From: Perkinsus chesapeaki ATCC PRA-425
Taxonomy: Eukaryota; Protista; Perkinsozoa
Assembly: GCA_013115145.1 (NCBI GenBank)
Contig: JAAPAO010000003.1
Coordinates: 1-64,000, forward strand
Direction: 5' to 3'
DNA length: 64,000 nucleotides
Positions 1 through 12,473 of this stretch are shown here, one piece after another. The position numbers were made by a program, and so were the translations under genes. The stretch's first letter is position 1. Every line of letters begins with the position of its first letter. Under the pieces are notes generated by a model. The model searched no databases. It saw only the letters and a program-made list of their open reading frames with translations, and was not told the DNA's origin.

Positions 1-3000
1 GCTGCATCAATGATGTCCCCGCAAACGAAGCGCTCCAAGGGTATGCCTACTATCTTCTAGTAACCGTTCACCCACCAGGAACTGTCCACCTATTTTGGCG
101 TGCGTTATTGTCCCACAGCCAGCATGTACAGTTCGTACTGATTCCTCATAGAATGGTCGACCGTTTCCCGAACTACTTCTGGGTAAAGATGACACACTTT
201 GCGAGTGTTTGGCCGTGGGATCACTTTAAAGTTTTTGCTGACGTCTTTCCCTACGCTCCGGCCGGTAAGTTGAGGGCTTCGATGAGGCTCAATATTTAAC
301 GATACATGCAGCAAAATTTTCGCAAATATGTCAGAACAGCTCCCGCGGATAGCAGCCGATTTTATCAACGATGATGAAGTCGCTCATAGTGTTACGTCGG
401 TCGAGATTAGGCGAGTATTCTACTACCACAAAAACACGCCAGATCATGGTGTAAGACTCTCAATAAAAGATCTCAACGATGCATGATCAACACAGGTAAT
501 TTTCGTCTACATAGAGACTATCTTTGACGTCCGAGACACTAACTGCGTCCGAACGCACTACAGAGCCGAAACCGTGGAAAACATGGAGACGGTTCCTGTA
601 ACACTTCTCTTGGCTGTATTTTTTGCGGCACTTGACGGAGGCGTACAGGTCCGAAAAGTATCAACCGGACATCATCCCTCGTGTCAGGTTATGATGATAC
701 TCTCGAACATCCGGCGCGAACGAGGTCGAAGATTGATGAGAGAGCTCAATCAGCTAGCAAAGCTCTCGGGTTCGGTCGGACACGTCTACAGCTACGGGGT
801 GCGACTGCAGACTGTTCGGCTCACATGCGAAATCGCCCCAGAGTCGGTGGCACTTTCCAATAATCTTTCAGAATTTGGCCAGCGATGTGACAATCATGGC
901 TCTCGGTGTTTTCCGTCTGGTTGTTGTGGCGAATGATTGGATGAGCCGCCGAATCACGGAACTCTTGGAGAACGATGGTAGCGTCGAGACGCGTCTCGAG
1001 AATTTATGGCGCGCTGCGGGGCTTGATGAGACTGTCTCATGCCAGGTTTGGATCCGCTGAGCGAGACAGGTGTGGAGAGTTACGTTGCCAGATTCGACGG
1101 GATGCGTGAAACAATTTACTGGATTCGCCTGGTGATTTGGGCGCAGTGGGAAATTCAGTATCTATCTATTGTAACCTTCAGATTCGGCGTGTCGAGCTGG
1201 TCCTCTTCATGGTTATAATATTCCGTCTAGTGAAGTTCCCCGCCGGGCACCCGAAGGTTGCGGCTTTAATTCGTATTTCACGTTTGGCAGGGAGTTATCG
1301 TATCAGACTGCTTTTCTAGGTACGATATCGCTCGCCTGGGATGAACTGGTTCACTTCTTCCTTCTTTTCTTTACTTTCCAAGCGGCTCTTCTGGTGGCTG
1401 CCCTAATGTGCTTTGGAGACACAGCAGAGCGATTCTCCTCTCCCTCGGAGCTCATGTATCCACGAAGCAAACTGAATTCGCGGAAAATTGCGGTGTTCAG
1501 ATTCCTTCAGTTTCAGCTTCTCACAGGAGAGTGGCCGTTCGACGATTTCGAGCAACCGATGCTATTGCGAACAACCGCCATGAGCCTTTGGATGACCACG
1601 TCCAAATACTTGCCCGTTGGGACGTTTGCGCAGTTGATCGCAGATACGGCCTCGTTGTGTTCTTCACACTCATCAACTTCTTCATTGCTATCATATCCCG
1701 AGCTTTCGGAGAAGCACAGGGCGAGCTGGAACATTACCCTGTAGCTCAGCAGTTCATTACAGTTAGCGATACCAAGCCGATGCTTAGTGAGGCTTGTCTC
1801 ACCATCAGGACATTGCTCATGTTTTCGGCACTTCCTGTGCCTCTTGGTTCCGTTTGAAGAGGTCTTTCGCCTACGATTATGCAGGCGAATCGCGCACGTA
1901 GTCATTGGTCTGGTCGGCAGGGTTCGGTATTCTAACCTGCCAGGTATACGTTTAAAGGCGGCAAATGGCCAAGCCGTGCCAGAGTTATCAGAGCTCTCGA
2001 CAGCATTGTTTACCGCACTGAAGGACATGGGCCGTCTCGGGGGGGCGACAACATAGTGCTGGAGGCACCATCGGCAGAAGAAGAGGTGTTGTCCAGTGAA
2101 CCCTACTGGAGAGGGCATTTTGCTATCTCAGGATGTTGAATCTCGGCCGCCAGCGAGCATGAATTGGGAGCGCCAAACACATGTTGATGTCATCCCCGAA
2201 CACGATAGACTGCAGATTGATGCAATGACCGTTAGCGTAGGGCCTTCGCAACCGTGCTGATATCCGACGAGGACCCCTGTTGATGATGCGCTCTTAGGCC
2301 CGAGAGATTATTAACCAAATACGAGAGAAACGATACATACGAGCCTTCGACGATGAAGGCATGCAGGACATGTTCATGCACTATATGAAGCTTTATGGCC
2401 GGCGAAAGGATCAATTCCTTCATCGTGATTTCCAGCTCCCCGAGCGTGATCCGATATTTGATCTACACACGGTGGTCCAAGGGTTCAGCAAAAGCCTGGA
2501 GACTACTTTGACGGTCGGCTTCCGGAGAACTATAAGCCTGCTCAAGGATCTGAGACAGTCCGAGCTTGACTGCCTTTCTAAGGCGAACGACATCGAGGAG
2601 CTACTCCCGAAGATGGAGACCGCGAAGTGCGCTAGTGAACAGCTTGAGCGCAAGGTGTTTGGGCAACCACTGACCGATGACATGGACCCTGCCGAGCTAC
2701 TAGAGCGACGGAGTAGGCATATGCATGAAGTGATTAATCGCCTTAACACTCATATAATGAATACGGCAAGTATGCTGGACCAATACCTCCCCCCGCCTGA
2801 CTGGAGGCCGAACCACACGGCGCCACGATCCAAGGCGTCGCCTACTAAGACTAGCACCGCTGTTGACAACGCTCTGCAAAAGAGACGCGTTGAAGCTCAG
2901 AAGAAGCGGCAAGTGGAGGCGCTGCTTGCCCGTCGCGCTCGCAGAGGTCCTCCCAGTCTCCCCCCTAAGCCATCTGGCCGAGTACCTCGATCAATTGGGG

Positions 3001-3131
3001 AAAGGTCAGGGGCCACCCGGCCGAAGCATACGTTGACAAAGGCGAACCCCAAGTTGCCAATGTATCAGCCGGCCTCTGCTGATGAGATCCGAAATATGCT
3101 GGAGCAGGCCAAGCGGTCACAGAAACCATGA
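1..3131 (+). CDS. PKD2: Polycystin-2/TRPP-like cation channel, multi-exon, 5' end outside window
   Basis: Exons read LVLFMVIIFRLVKF, GTISLAWDELVHFFLLFFTFQAALLVAALMCFGDTAERFSS, QFQLLTGEWPFDDF and GLVVFFTLINFFIAIISRAF, matching PKD2 S4-S5, pore and S6. ORF 2361-3131 (coiled-coil/basic) is assumed to be the C-terminal exon; that junction was not proven. Confidence 0.8.
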
Positions 3132-4087
3132 CTATTATTTCTCAGCTTCTTGTGGGCATATCTGCTCATGTAAAATGTTTTTCTCCTCTACACTTTTGTT
3201 GTTGGATTGCTGTATCGAATTTCTCCCAGCGGCATGGGGTCATATAGCTGCATTTCTGAAGCCAGTTCATAAGGAACTATGTTGCCTGCACTTCTTCCAC
3301 CGCAGTCAGTATTCTGTCACTCTTGCGGCGCCCGTAGTGATATCCCCGACTACTCTGAGGTATATGACCTGCGGAAATCGTGAGCTACTCGCTCTCAGGC
3401 ATCTAGCTCCTCCATCGCTTGCCCAGCCTGCGAGTCAGCTCAAACTGAGCTCTCGCCATACTTGCCAGGTTGGAAGCTTTATCTTCTGAGTTGCAGCATC
3501 AATCGCCGCCCTATCAGATACATATATCACGCGAAGGCCATCGAGGGATGAAGTAGCTGATGCACCGCCTCCGGGGGTAGCTTGAATCCACTAAAGCCTT
3601 GTTTGGTCGCATCCCCGTTTAGGGAAGGCTGTCCCGCCGCCCCTCCCTCATAGAGTCTGAGGAACACCAGGCGGCGGTCATAAGCCTAGTGAGACTGTAG
3701 GCAGACTAATTCGCACTGGACCCGGCCAAGTATCTCCAGTTACGAGCGGGGCCAGATTCCTGACGTCCGCTTTATCGAGCTACTGGCCGAGTTCTCCCGT
3801 GATGCGGATGATGCGCCTCCCGTCGATGCCAGAGGAGGCAGCGTAAGTTGCATTTGAGTTACTACTGAACCTTAATATGACCTCAATAGGAGCGCTACGT
3901 AGCATCCGCCGGGATGGCTCGATTCTGGAGGGCAGGAAGCTTGGGCCTCGACGACACGCCAGTTTGCGAGGCACTACTCGAGCGCCTTGAAGAATCAAAA
4001 CAGGCTGGGTATGAATACCCACCTCGGAAACCACTCACTTGTTGCCTTGCCTTCTCAGCTTCTGTACGATATGTTCAGATAGTATAA

Positions 4088-5000
4088 ATGAAAGAGACAA
4101 GGTGAGTATAGGCCGTACAAGTGTCGCGATTTTGTTTGCAGGCCATACAACTGGCCAGTGGCTGTGGTCACTTTTTTCATTCTGACTGCATCAAGCATTG
4201 GTTCACAAAGAGGAATACTTGCCCAACATGTCGGCATGAGTGAGTATTATCAACTCTATTCGGATTTCCGACTAGCAGTGCCCAAAATTAAGCACGGTGC
4301 TAGCCCGTGCAGATACCCGACTGATGGCGTCGAGTTTTTGAGATCAATTGGTTGCCATGAGGAAGCATATGAACTTGCCGTGAAGGCATTGTTGCAGCGT
4401 CAAAAAGCGCTCAAAGATGCGCTCGAGGTTTTAAGGTATACCGAGTCTCTGTGGTCGTGCGCATGCAGTCGCCCAAGGTACGTCCATCAAGAGCTCGCAT
4501 TGGCGAGTCGACGATCGTCCTTGAGTTCGGGAGTGCCCGAGTCTGACGACTTTGTACTTTGCAAGTGTTGCGCAAACGAACCGCTCTCGTCATTTTCAGG
4601 AGTTTTCGCATAGCTATCGACGCCCTAATCAATTTGGCGAAGATGATGAGTACTGCACGCTTCGGATTCACAGGGCCTTTTTCGCTTTTCCAGACGTTCG
4701 GGCTCCGACTGTAGCAGCGACGACGTCTATAGCAGTGGTGCAGACAATTGGGAGCACTTCCGAGCACGCAGCTACCCGGCGTCACCTAGAACCATGAACG
4801 TGAGCCCATGAAATCGAGTGGCAGCACTACTCCCCTCAGCACTATGGTCTTCATCGGCCACAAGAAATATCGACCTTGCGTATTGAAACCCCGAGGTTCA
4901 CAGGTTTTGTTGAGCATGACAATGCGTCCCTACTGTCCAACGAATCGGCGTTCATTGCCACGCACAGTCGGTCACGTTCGGCAGGTATAGTTTAGAGTAT
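4088..5000 (+). CDS. Hypothetical protein with N-terminal hydrophobic segment
   Basis: ATG at 4088 is followed by a GTGAGT donor and a TTGCAG acceptor, giving MKETR|[18 protein letters not shown], then [25 protein letters not shown]. The 3' end is uncertain. Confidence 0.35.
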
Positions 5001-5372
5001 AAATGGTCACGACTGGGCAATTATGGCAATCAGGCTCCGCACTTGACCGTGGTCGATTCAACATTATGCAGTACACAGTTGCATCCGTGCCATTTCACAG
5101 CACCGCTTACAGCACCAAAACAAGAAACAAGACTATCTGATTCTTTCTCGAAGAACTGCCGTTTTATTGCTTTATCTTTTACCATGAAACATAATGTTCT
5201 TTAGTTCAAGTCTGGGGATCGAATGCTCCACGGCCTCACTAAGAGAGAACCAATGTGCCGTTCGCGGTAAGGATCGATGTTCTCGCAATTTACTGAGTAT
5301 AACGAAACACACGAGCATATCTCTAGGTTGAATATCGTATATTAATGCAACACAAAGACGTCCTTCAATACT

Positions 5373-6572
5373 TCACGATCGCTCATACCAGCTCCTTCCT
5401 CTATCGGAATGATGACCACGATGATGTCGATCACGCGACCGGTCGCGAGGACGGGATTTGTCGCGATAGTGTCTGCGACGGTCCCCACTGCCAGATCGGG
5501 ACCTCCGTCTTGAACTTTCCCGGCGCCTTGAGCGGTCTCTAGACCTCTCCCGTGAACGATCGCGCTTAGACCCAGAAGCTGCGCGCCGTTTGACAGAAGC
5601 CTTGCCGGTAGGTTGGGGTTGAGGCTCGCGCTTCTTAGGCGCTGGACGAAGAACGACGGGACGTTCCGGCTCCGCCTCTGGCTCGGACGGCTCATTGATC
5701 ACTTCAGTTGGCCGTTCTTCGTCTAGTGTTATCGGAGAAGCTGCCGCCGAGCTCACTGAGGGATGCGGTGTGGCTGGTTGTTTCTGCTCCTTCGGAGGGT
5801 AGAGAGAAAAATAGGTCAACCTATCGGAAGACCTTCGTAGCCGAAGGATACCACCGATAAAGAGCTCCAGTTGATCCTGCGATACTCCTAGCGCCTCCCA
5901 CCAGGCGGTATCTGCCATTCCGCTTTCATCCGCTCGCTCGGCATCCGCCATGAACATTGAACCAGCAACGAGTGCTTCGGGAGGAAGGAAACATATAATC
6001 GGAGAACGATGGATATCAGTAAGAATAGGGCACGCCCGTCGAGCCACGCTTTTTGCTACACCATGCCCACAAGCACCGAAAACACTTTGGACCAAGGGAA
6101 CCAGCATCGAGTGGGCCGATGGGAAAAGCAGCTGGCCGATCTCAAACCCTAGCTCTCGGAGGATGTGCCGCTCAGCTCTCATAACATCAGCTTTCACTTT
6201 CTTGTAATCGTCACTTGTCAAATCGATAGCCTCCACCAACTCCCATGGGCGGCCGTCTGGTCTCGGTTCCACCTCTCTAAGATGCAGTAGCTCGAACACT
6301 TGAATCACCTTCCACATGGCCCTCGGGGTCTCCTCGTACTTGCAGCCCAGGAAGGTTGCGGCACACGAAACGACTTTGGCGTTGAAGGCGGCGAAGCCTT
6401 TGCGGAAATAGAAACGCTGTATTATGACTGCCGCGGCCAAGGGGACCTTCAATGGTAGCTTCAGGAGGAGGGCGGCCCTATATGATAGGTCGACAGCGTA
6501 CTCACGCATGAGCAGCGGGTCAACTGGGCAGGGATGCTCTTCTGTCGATGAGGGCAGCAAAGGAACCGACAT
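5373..6572 (-). CDS. CCNL: Cyclin L-like protein (cyclin box plus RS-rich tail), intronless
   Basis: Cyclin box AAVIIQRFYFRKGF...AATFLGCKYEETPR...RAERHILRELGF and an RS dipeptide-rich C-terminus. ATG at 6572, TGA at 5373. Confidence 0.9.
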   Translation of the reverse strand: MSVPLLPSSTEEHPCPVDPLLMREYAVDLSYRAALLLKLPLKVPLAAAVIIQRFYFRKGFAAFNAKVVSCAATFLGCKYEETPRAMWKVIQVFELLHLREVEPRPDGRPWELVEAIDLTSDDYKKVKADVMRAERHILRELGFEIGQLLFPSAHSMLVPLVQSVFGACGHGVAKSVARRACPILTDIHRSPIICFLPPEALVAGSMFMADAERADESGMADTAWWEALGVSQDQLELFIGGILRLRRSSDRLTYFSLYPPKEQKQPATPHPSVSSAAASPITLDEERPTEVINEPSEPEAEPERPVVLRPAPKKREPQPQPTGKASVKRRAASGSKRDRSRERSRDRSRRRESSRRRSRSGSGDRRRHYRDKSRPRDRSRDRHHRGHHSDRGRSWYERS

Positions 6573-6666
6573 TATGGTGAGGGCTGAGCAAAAGGCTTCT
6601 GTATGAATGAAGAAATGAGGAGATGTAACGCAAGTAAAGACTCTTGTCGCGGACAACTGGAAGGAA

Positions 6667-8551
6667 TCAACCAACTTTTCGCTTGAGAACCAGATTGTCA
6701 CTCTGCAGTCGGCTCACTAAGGTATCCGTGACAGGCTCATAATATCCCTGAGGGCTCTGGAGTTTCGTCGTTTGTATGAGTACGCTCTTACCTGACTGGG
6801 GTCTGCCTTGCACACTAATAGAGTATAGTAGCGTTCAAGCTCATCAGGGTCGACTTGCTGCTTCCTTGCTAGTAAGCCGATCACATCAGTTAGGGGCATC
6901 TGGAAGCTCCCCCTACAGGATTATGCACTCAAACCGGCTACCTCTTCGTCGACAAGAAGACTTGTTTTCGTCAGCTGCCCGGAGTTATCATAGCATTCAT
7001 CCCTATCCATGAGCTCCGGTGGCACAAGCTCTGCTGAAGGGTCATCCAGTACCCGAATGGTAAGTGTCTGAGTGACTAGTGCAATAACAACAACACACCA
7101 ACAAGCCAGAGCTACCCTCTGCTGTGTCGCGTGCGGTCGAGGTGCTGTCGCTTGTGAAGATATGCCGCTAGTGCTGGCCCGAGCCGCCGAGCTGCGAGTG
7201 ATGGAACGCTCCACCATAGAGCTGTGGGTAGATTCTATCTCGCCTGCACCGGGGTTACCGATGGACTCAACGTCGGTATCTGAATGAGTCGGAGCTTCCA
7301 ACAGCAAACTCTCTGCAGATAACCCTACCATCCGATTCGCTATCATCTTCCCAGTCCGAATAGCAGAGGCACAATTCTCGAGCATTGAGAGCTCCCACGG
7401 CTCGGTGACTATCCAACGCTGGCAGGTCCATATCAGGTTCTATGACGGTTCGGCCTAGGAACGCATCAGCAACCTCCGAGGACGCGAGGCCTACCGCCGG
7501 CATCCGAGCCGCCGCTGGCGACTTCATCATCATCGAGCCATCGTAGGTGATAGGAATGCTCCAAGGGCCTACAGGAGAGGTAAGGCAACTTTTAGGAGGC
7601 AGGAGAGAAGAGAAGTGGCGCCCAGACGTACTTGAGTCCGAACTCCTCAGTGTGCTGGTTGAGTATGAGGGTCTCGAGCTCCCCAACCTTCGTATCAGCG
7701 GGAACTCGCATCTGTAATAGACTCGCTGACTCATCAGGTCACCATGGAGGCAGCTTACCTTACATACACGCTTGGCGTCAAACGGTGGTACGTATATGTC
7801 AATATCGATATCCTTGCCTCCACCCATCTGAACGAGAGAAACGTCTGACGTGGGGGCCGGGAGCAGTACCAAGGTGCTGGCTGTAGGGGACACTTCACCG
7901 CCCAACCCGAAGAGGCCAGAATCCCCTCCGAGGCGCTCTATCCTGTGAATAAATTCTAACGGATGGTGTGGCGGTAGCCTACTCCCGCATGTGTCGAGCC
8001 CTTCTGGCCGCGTAATGGTCCACTCCGTCGAAGTCGTAAACCTCATCATCGCTGCTCTCCACAGGCTCTGGCACGCGACCTGAAAGCAAGGACTTCGCAG
8101 TGTGAAAGCGAGCGGGATAGCACTTACGACGAAAGAGGGGTTTCTTCGGGAAGAGGGCTCCAGTCTCACCAGGAGCGACGTTGGCTTTGAACGGCACAAC
8201 CTGGCAGGATCACCGTACAGAGGGCGGCGGCGGCGGCGGGGGCAAGTTCAAACCTGAGGCTGCTCCGTTTTCGACTCGGCCTGCATGAGCTCCATCTGTG
8301 GTCCAATATACCCTCTGTTACGACGCTGCATCCCTAATGTCGCCATAGTCCTGGTTCGTGGCCTGAGGGGAAGAGGACCGAGTGAAGAGGGATGGCGACA
8401 GTACGATGCAACGACCCGCGATGATCAATGAGTCATTCGAGCTGTTACGACTTAACCTTTCGGGGAGGTCCTCTCCGTCATCAGAGGGCCCCGCCCTGTA
8501 GTAAAGGACTGACTGTCCATGAGAAAATGAAGCGTTCCAGCTATCCGACAC
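6667..8551 (-). CDS. SIN1: SIN1/Avo1-like TORC2 subunit (CRIM + RBD), no PH domain
   Basis: In-frame spliced exons give IDIDIYVPPFDAKRVCK|MRVPADTKVGELETLILNQHTEEFGLK|PLEHSYHLRWLDDDE...|GRTVIEPDMDLPALDSHRAVGALNARELCLC (CRIM) and KTSLLVDEE|MPLTDVIGLLARKQQVDPDE (RBD-like). TGA at 6667; start codon uncertain. Confidence 0.72.
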
Positions 8552-8599
8552 ACTATTAGTGATAGCATTTATAACTGTTTTTACGTGTGTACAACTTTC

Positions 8600-9830
8600 T
8601 ACGAAAATTCATCGGCAAAATATCGATCTCCGACAATATGAACCCGAGGAGTCTCGAAGCACTTACAAGCCCGGAGAGTCCAGTTCCTTTCCATGGCCAA
8701 CCGATGCCTGATCATCATCATCCACGACATATGTAAGGTTAAACATCATCATCCTCCCGTTACCTGAGGGCTAAACTCGCCCATACGATTAACAAGCATG
8801 TCGGTCTCATCATAGTATCGCTGTGATTGGCGGGGGGAAAGAACTGAGAGACATCCATCACCGAGGAAGAGGCAGAGGCTGCTGCTGCTGCCCAGCGCCC
8901 GCCTACGCATGAGCTCCTCATAAGTGTACATCTCGGCATCGTCCATTAAGTCATCCACAGCTGAGTACCTGTAGTGGCATGGACGTATACTGGAGGAGGG
9001 AGAGGCTACCAAGGGAGACGCTCACTTGGAAGTCCTATCGATTGTGGGGTCATCATTGCCGTGGCCCAGGCGTGAGCCTTTAAGACCATCTCGTGTATCA
9101 AATAGGAGCTGCAGTGTGTGGGCTGAGGTGAAATCCATGCCTTAGCAAATCATGTGGTAAAAACACCAGGCCAACTTAAAGGTAGGATATGCTTCATGGC
9201 CGTTAAAGCAATCCCTAATCTGGTGGCAACCTAGTTGGCCCGAGCTCATAACACCTGTGGCGAATTCGCTGACAGCTGTCAGGTGGACGGTGGTAGTCCG
9301 TGAGCACTCAAGAACGCATCGATGAGAAACGGTATAGCTAATGCTTACGTAGAGGTACACAGTATCGCGATAATGGTTAAAATGGTAATATATTTCAACG
9401 AGTAGGGAGAGATCGAGAAGCAAGCCGATCAGCAACACCGGTATAGTCATCAGAAGTCGCTGTCGCTGCTTGCCGATGACGACGGCGGGGGTATGAGCTT
9501 GAATCGCTTGGCAGCGCGCTCGGACACAACGATGGTCTGCTGGCAAACGCGCTGCACGACAGACTCCAATCGCCCTCACCTGTGACTGGGGATCGGTGTC
9601 CCCGTGGTGCTGCCGCTTGCTTATGGCTCGGCTCCATAGACACGCCGATGGCTAACAAACATGCATAATCTTCTTGACGGAACAAATGAAGTCTCACCCC
9701 GCACGACTGCATCATCCGCGTAACAAATTTGGCAGCTTCCTCTGACTGAGTCATCCCCGTAAACTGGTTCATAGCCGAAGTTGCACCGGGGTTCTGTAAA
9801 GCGACACCTGAGGACGGTTAGCTTGCTCAT
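8600..9830 (-). CDS. Hypothetical protein, multi-exon
   Basis: Several exon-like ORFs bounded by GT/AG sites (e.g. RYSAVDDLMDDAEMYTYEELMRRRAL, SEEAAKFVTRMMQSCGVRLHLF). No family recognised. Confidence 0.35.
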
Positions 9831-9899
9831 CGCTCTATAGATTAGACCGAACAGCCTTTCGAGACAACCAAATCAAGGGCAATTTTCCGAGTTCCTCGC

Positions 9900-12390
9900 T
9901 TTGGGCTCAGCAACTGTACAGCATTTTTCATACCTGCACATTTGCACTTCCGGATCTCACTGTTCAGCACGACAGATTCCAACGTTGAAGGGCAGCGAGT
10001 CCGCCGGCCTCCTGGTCATTGGTGACCAGCGGAAAACAGACACGTAACTCGACCCCGTCCTTGTCCCGTAGGCGTGGGTCATTTCTCCTCCATGACCCAC
10101 CTGGATCTATCCGCAACCTGTTATGGATGGCTTCCTTCTCCCAAAGTGTGATCTGTGCGATAACATTCGCGGGTATGCCATTAATAAACTTCTCGCCTCT
10201 CGCCGCACCGGTATTCGCTGTGACTGCAGACCACCTCGGTGATGCCAGAGAACCCCGCCATATCGCTTACCGGTCGTAGCAGCAGCGGTGCCTCTGCCAC
10301 TTTGAGACGCCATCTGTAATGCTCGGGGATCCACGTGGCTTTTAAGATAGGAAATAATGTACTCTGACGTGACGCCCCTACAACAAGCACTAGGGAAACG
10401 AAAACACAGGATGGCCGAGCTTACCGCTGGGCCGCCGACTGGACTGATGTCTGCGTGAGGGTCCCTATAACGCAACCAAAGTCGTTGGGGTCATACTCCC
10501 GACCATCACCGAGCTGCCGTTGCAGCTGCACAAACGTGCCCAGAAGGCGCAGATCCAGGCTGGAGCTGTGAAGGGAGAAAGATACCGGAGATGGCGAAGG
10601 GGGGAAACCTACGTGGTGTAAGCGGTGACGGCAAAGTTACTGTCGACGAACAAGCGGCAGGATTTGTTGCTGATGGCGGAGTTGTCCTCGGCAGCCAGCT
10701 TGGAGCGGCTGGACTGCATAACGTAGATTGAACTGGACACCACCATACGAGAATCCGAGCTCACAAGAGGCAGCTCGTATTTCACCGACTCCCCTGATGA
10801 CAATAACGAGGATACCATAGCAAGCGATGAGGAGCTTTACCGTATTGGCTGTGCAAACTGGCTACTTTCCGGAGCTCGTCATCGTAGGTCGCCGGTACCA
10901 TAATGCCGAGGTCGGCTAAGGTCTCTAGCAAAGTGGTGACAGCCTCTCGGGCCCCAGGAGTGGCCATACCTACGAAACCCTCATATAGTGTAGTGCTGCG
11001 GAGCCGGAGACCAACATTGAGGATTCACTCGAAGTAAGGTGCCTGGAGTGAGCCTGTCGGGCTCGTGCTTGAGAGGGCGGGTGAGGGCCACAACCAGTCT
11101 GATCGGCGCTAGCAGCGACTGTATTCCATGCTGACGCTCGATCATGTCGAAGGCTCGCCGCACCAGCTCCCAGTATCTGCAGGAAGCAGGCGTGACGGCA
11201 GGGGGCCGAGGCGATGATGTTACTGGCTGGTCCGAGATGCTAACACAAACTGGAACAGTTGTCCCGTCGACGTGTTGGAGCTGCTCATACCGACAATTCC
11301 GGACAAACCTGGCAGATGGTCTCGGGCCGGGAATTGTCCAGGGATGCCTACCTTGCCGAGCCCCCTCCGGTCGAAGGGAAGCCTCTCCGACAGCTGCAGT
11401 CATACCATCAACCATCGCCCCCAATACATACTCCCACCGCAGTGCAGCATACTCATCCAGTCGATTCATGATGGCTTCCCGCGGGTCTCCATCCTCCACT
11501 GAAAAGAATTATGGACAGAATCAATGGGAGAGCTAAGAACACCTTTGGAATCAATTGGCGCATCAAGCTTAGATTCCTCTAGGATCTCCCAGGACGGAGT
11601 AAGCTGATCGTCGGCAGTATTCTGAGAAGAACATTGCCATTATTCACTATTCGGCCACTATTCCGCCAAGCGGTTCGCTACCTTAAGGATAACCTCATGG
11701 AGCCTCTGCCTGAAGTTCGAGCTCATCCGTAGGTGCTGACCTTTAGGATCCATTATCAGTATGTGCCTGTCAAACGACATCGTCTCCTAAGATCGGCTGG
11801 AAATCGACCCATCACAGTTTGGTGAGCTGAGCTAGAGCCGTCCGATACTTGCTGTGGTCGGGGTCATGCAGGGAGGAAATCCAGTGACGGATGACGCCTT
11901 GCTGGATCGGCCGGTGCACTAGTATCAAACGGTTGATGAAAACCTGCATTTAATGGAGCGATGAAGCTGAGCAAAGGGCACGGGGACCTTGCCAATGCCG
12001 CTGAGCCTGCCGTAAACATAGGCAACGACAGCGGGGTCCTTATAGAGCTCCTCGAAGAGATTGCCCAGCTGGTGAGAGTTACTGCCAGGAACCACTGGAG
12101 CACCTGAGGCAACATGGTATATAGAACTATTAATATTTAAAGACCAATACTTAGATACTCAAATGCAAAAGTCGAGGTTAGTAAATAGCATGACGATAGG
12201 ATGTGAATGAGGGAATATACGATTAAATAAAATTATGCTAATAGAGCTACAGCTGGGATGCACAAAAAGTCGTACCCCAAAAAGGGTACCTGGCGGGCGC
12301 TGGTAGAGAGTTGCTAAGTGCACTAGGTAGCCGAAGAGGTCATTGCCGAATGATGTTGGTTTAGATGTTGATACAGAGTTGGGGGCCATC
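9900..12390 (-). CDS. Hypothetical protein, multi-exon (one or two genes)
   Basis: Exons MAPNSVSTSK...LYQRPP|GAPVVPGSNSHQLGNLFEELYKDPAVVAYVYGRLSGIGK, EDGDPREAIMNRLDEYAALRWEYVLG and AREAVTTLLETLADLGIMVPATYDDELRK. No family recognised. Confidence 0.45.
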
Positions 12391-12473
12391 AACGATGATG
12401 GGTCCTGGGCCAAGCATACAAATGATAACACAACACATCGGTGCGCGAGAGGGGCAGTGAGAAACAACAAGTA

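Noticed and set aside
3131-4050. Possible minus-strand gene
   Set aside because: Splice-like sites are present but no consistent reading frame or family could be assembled.
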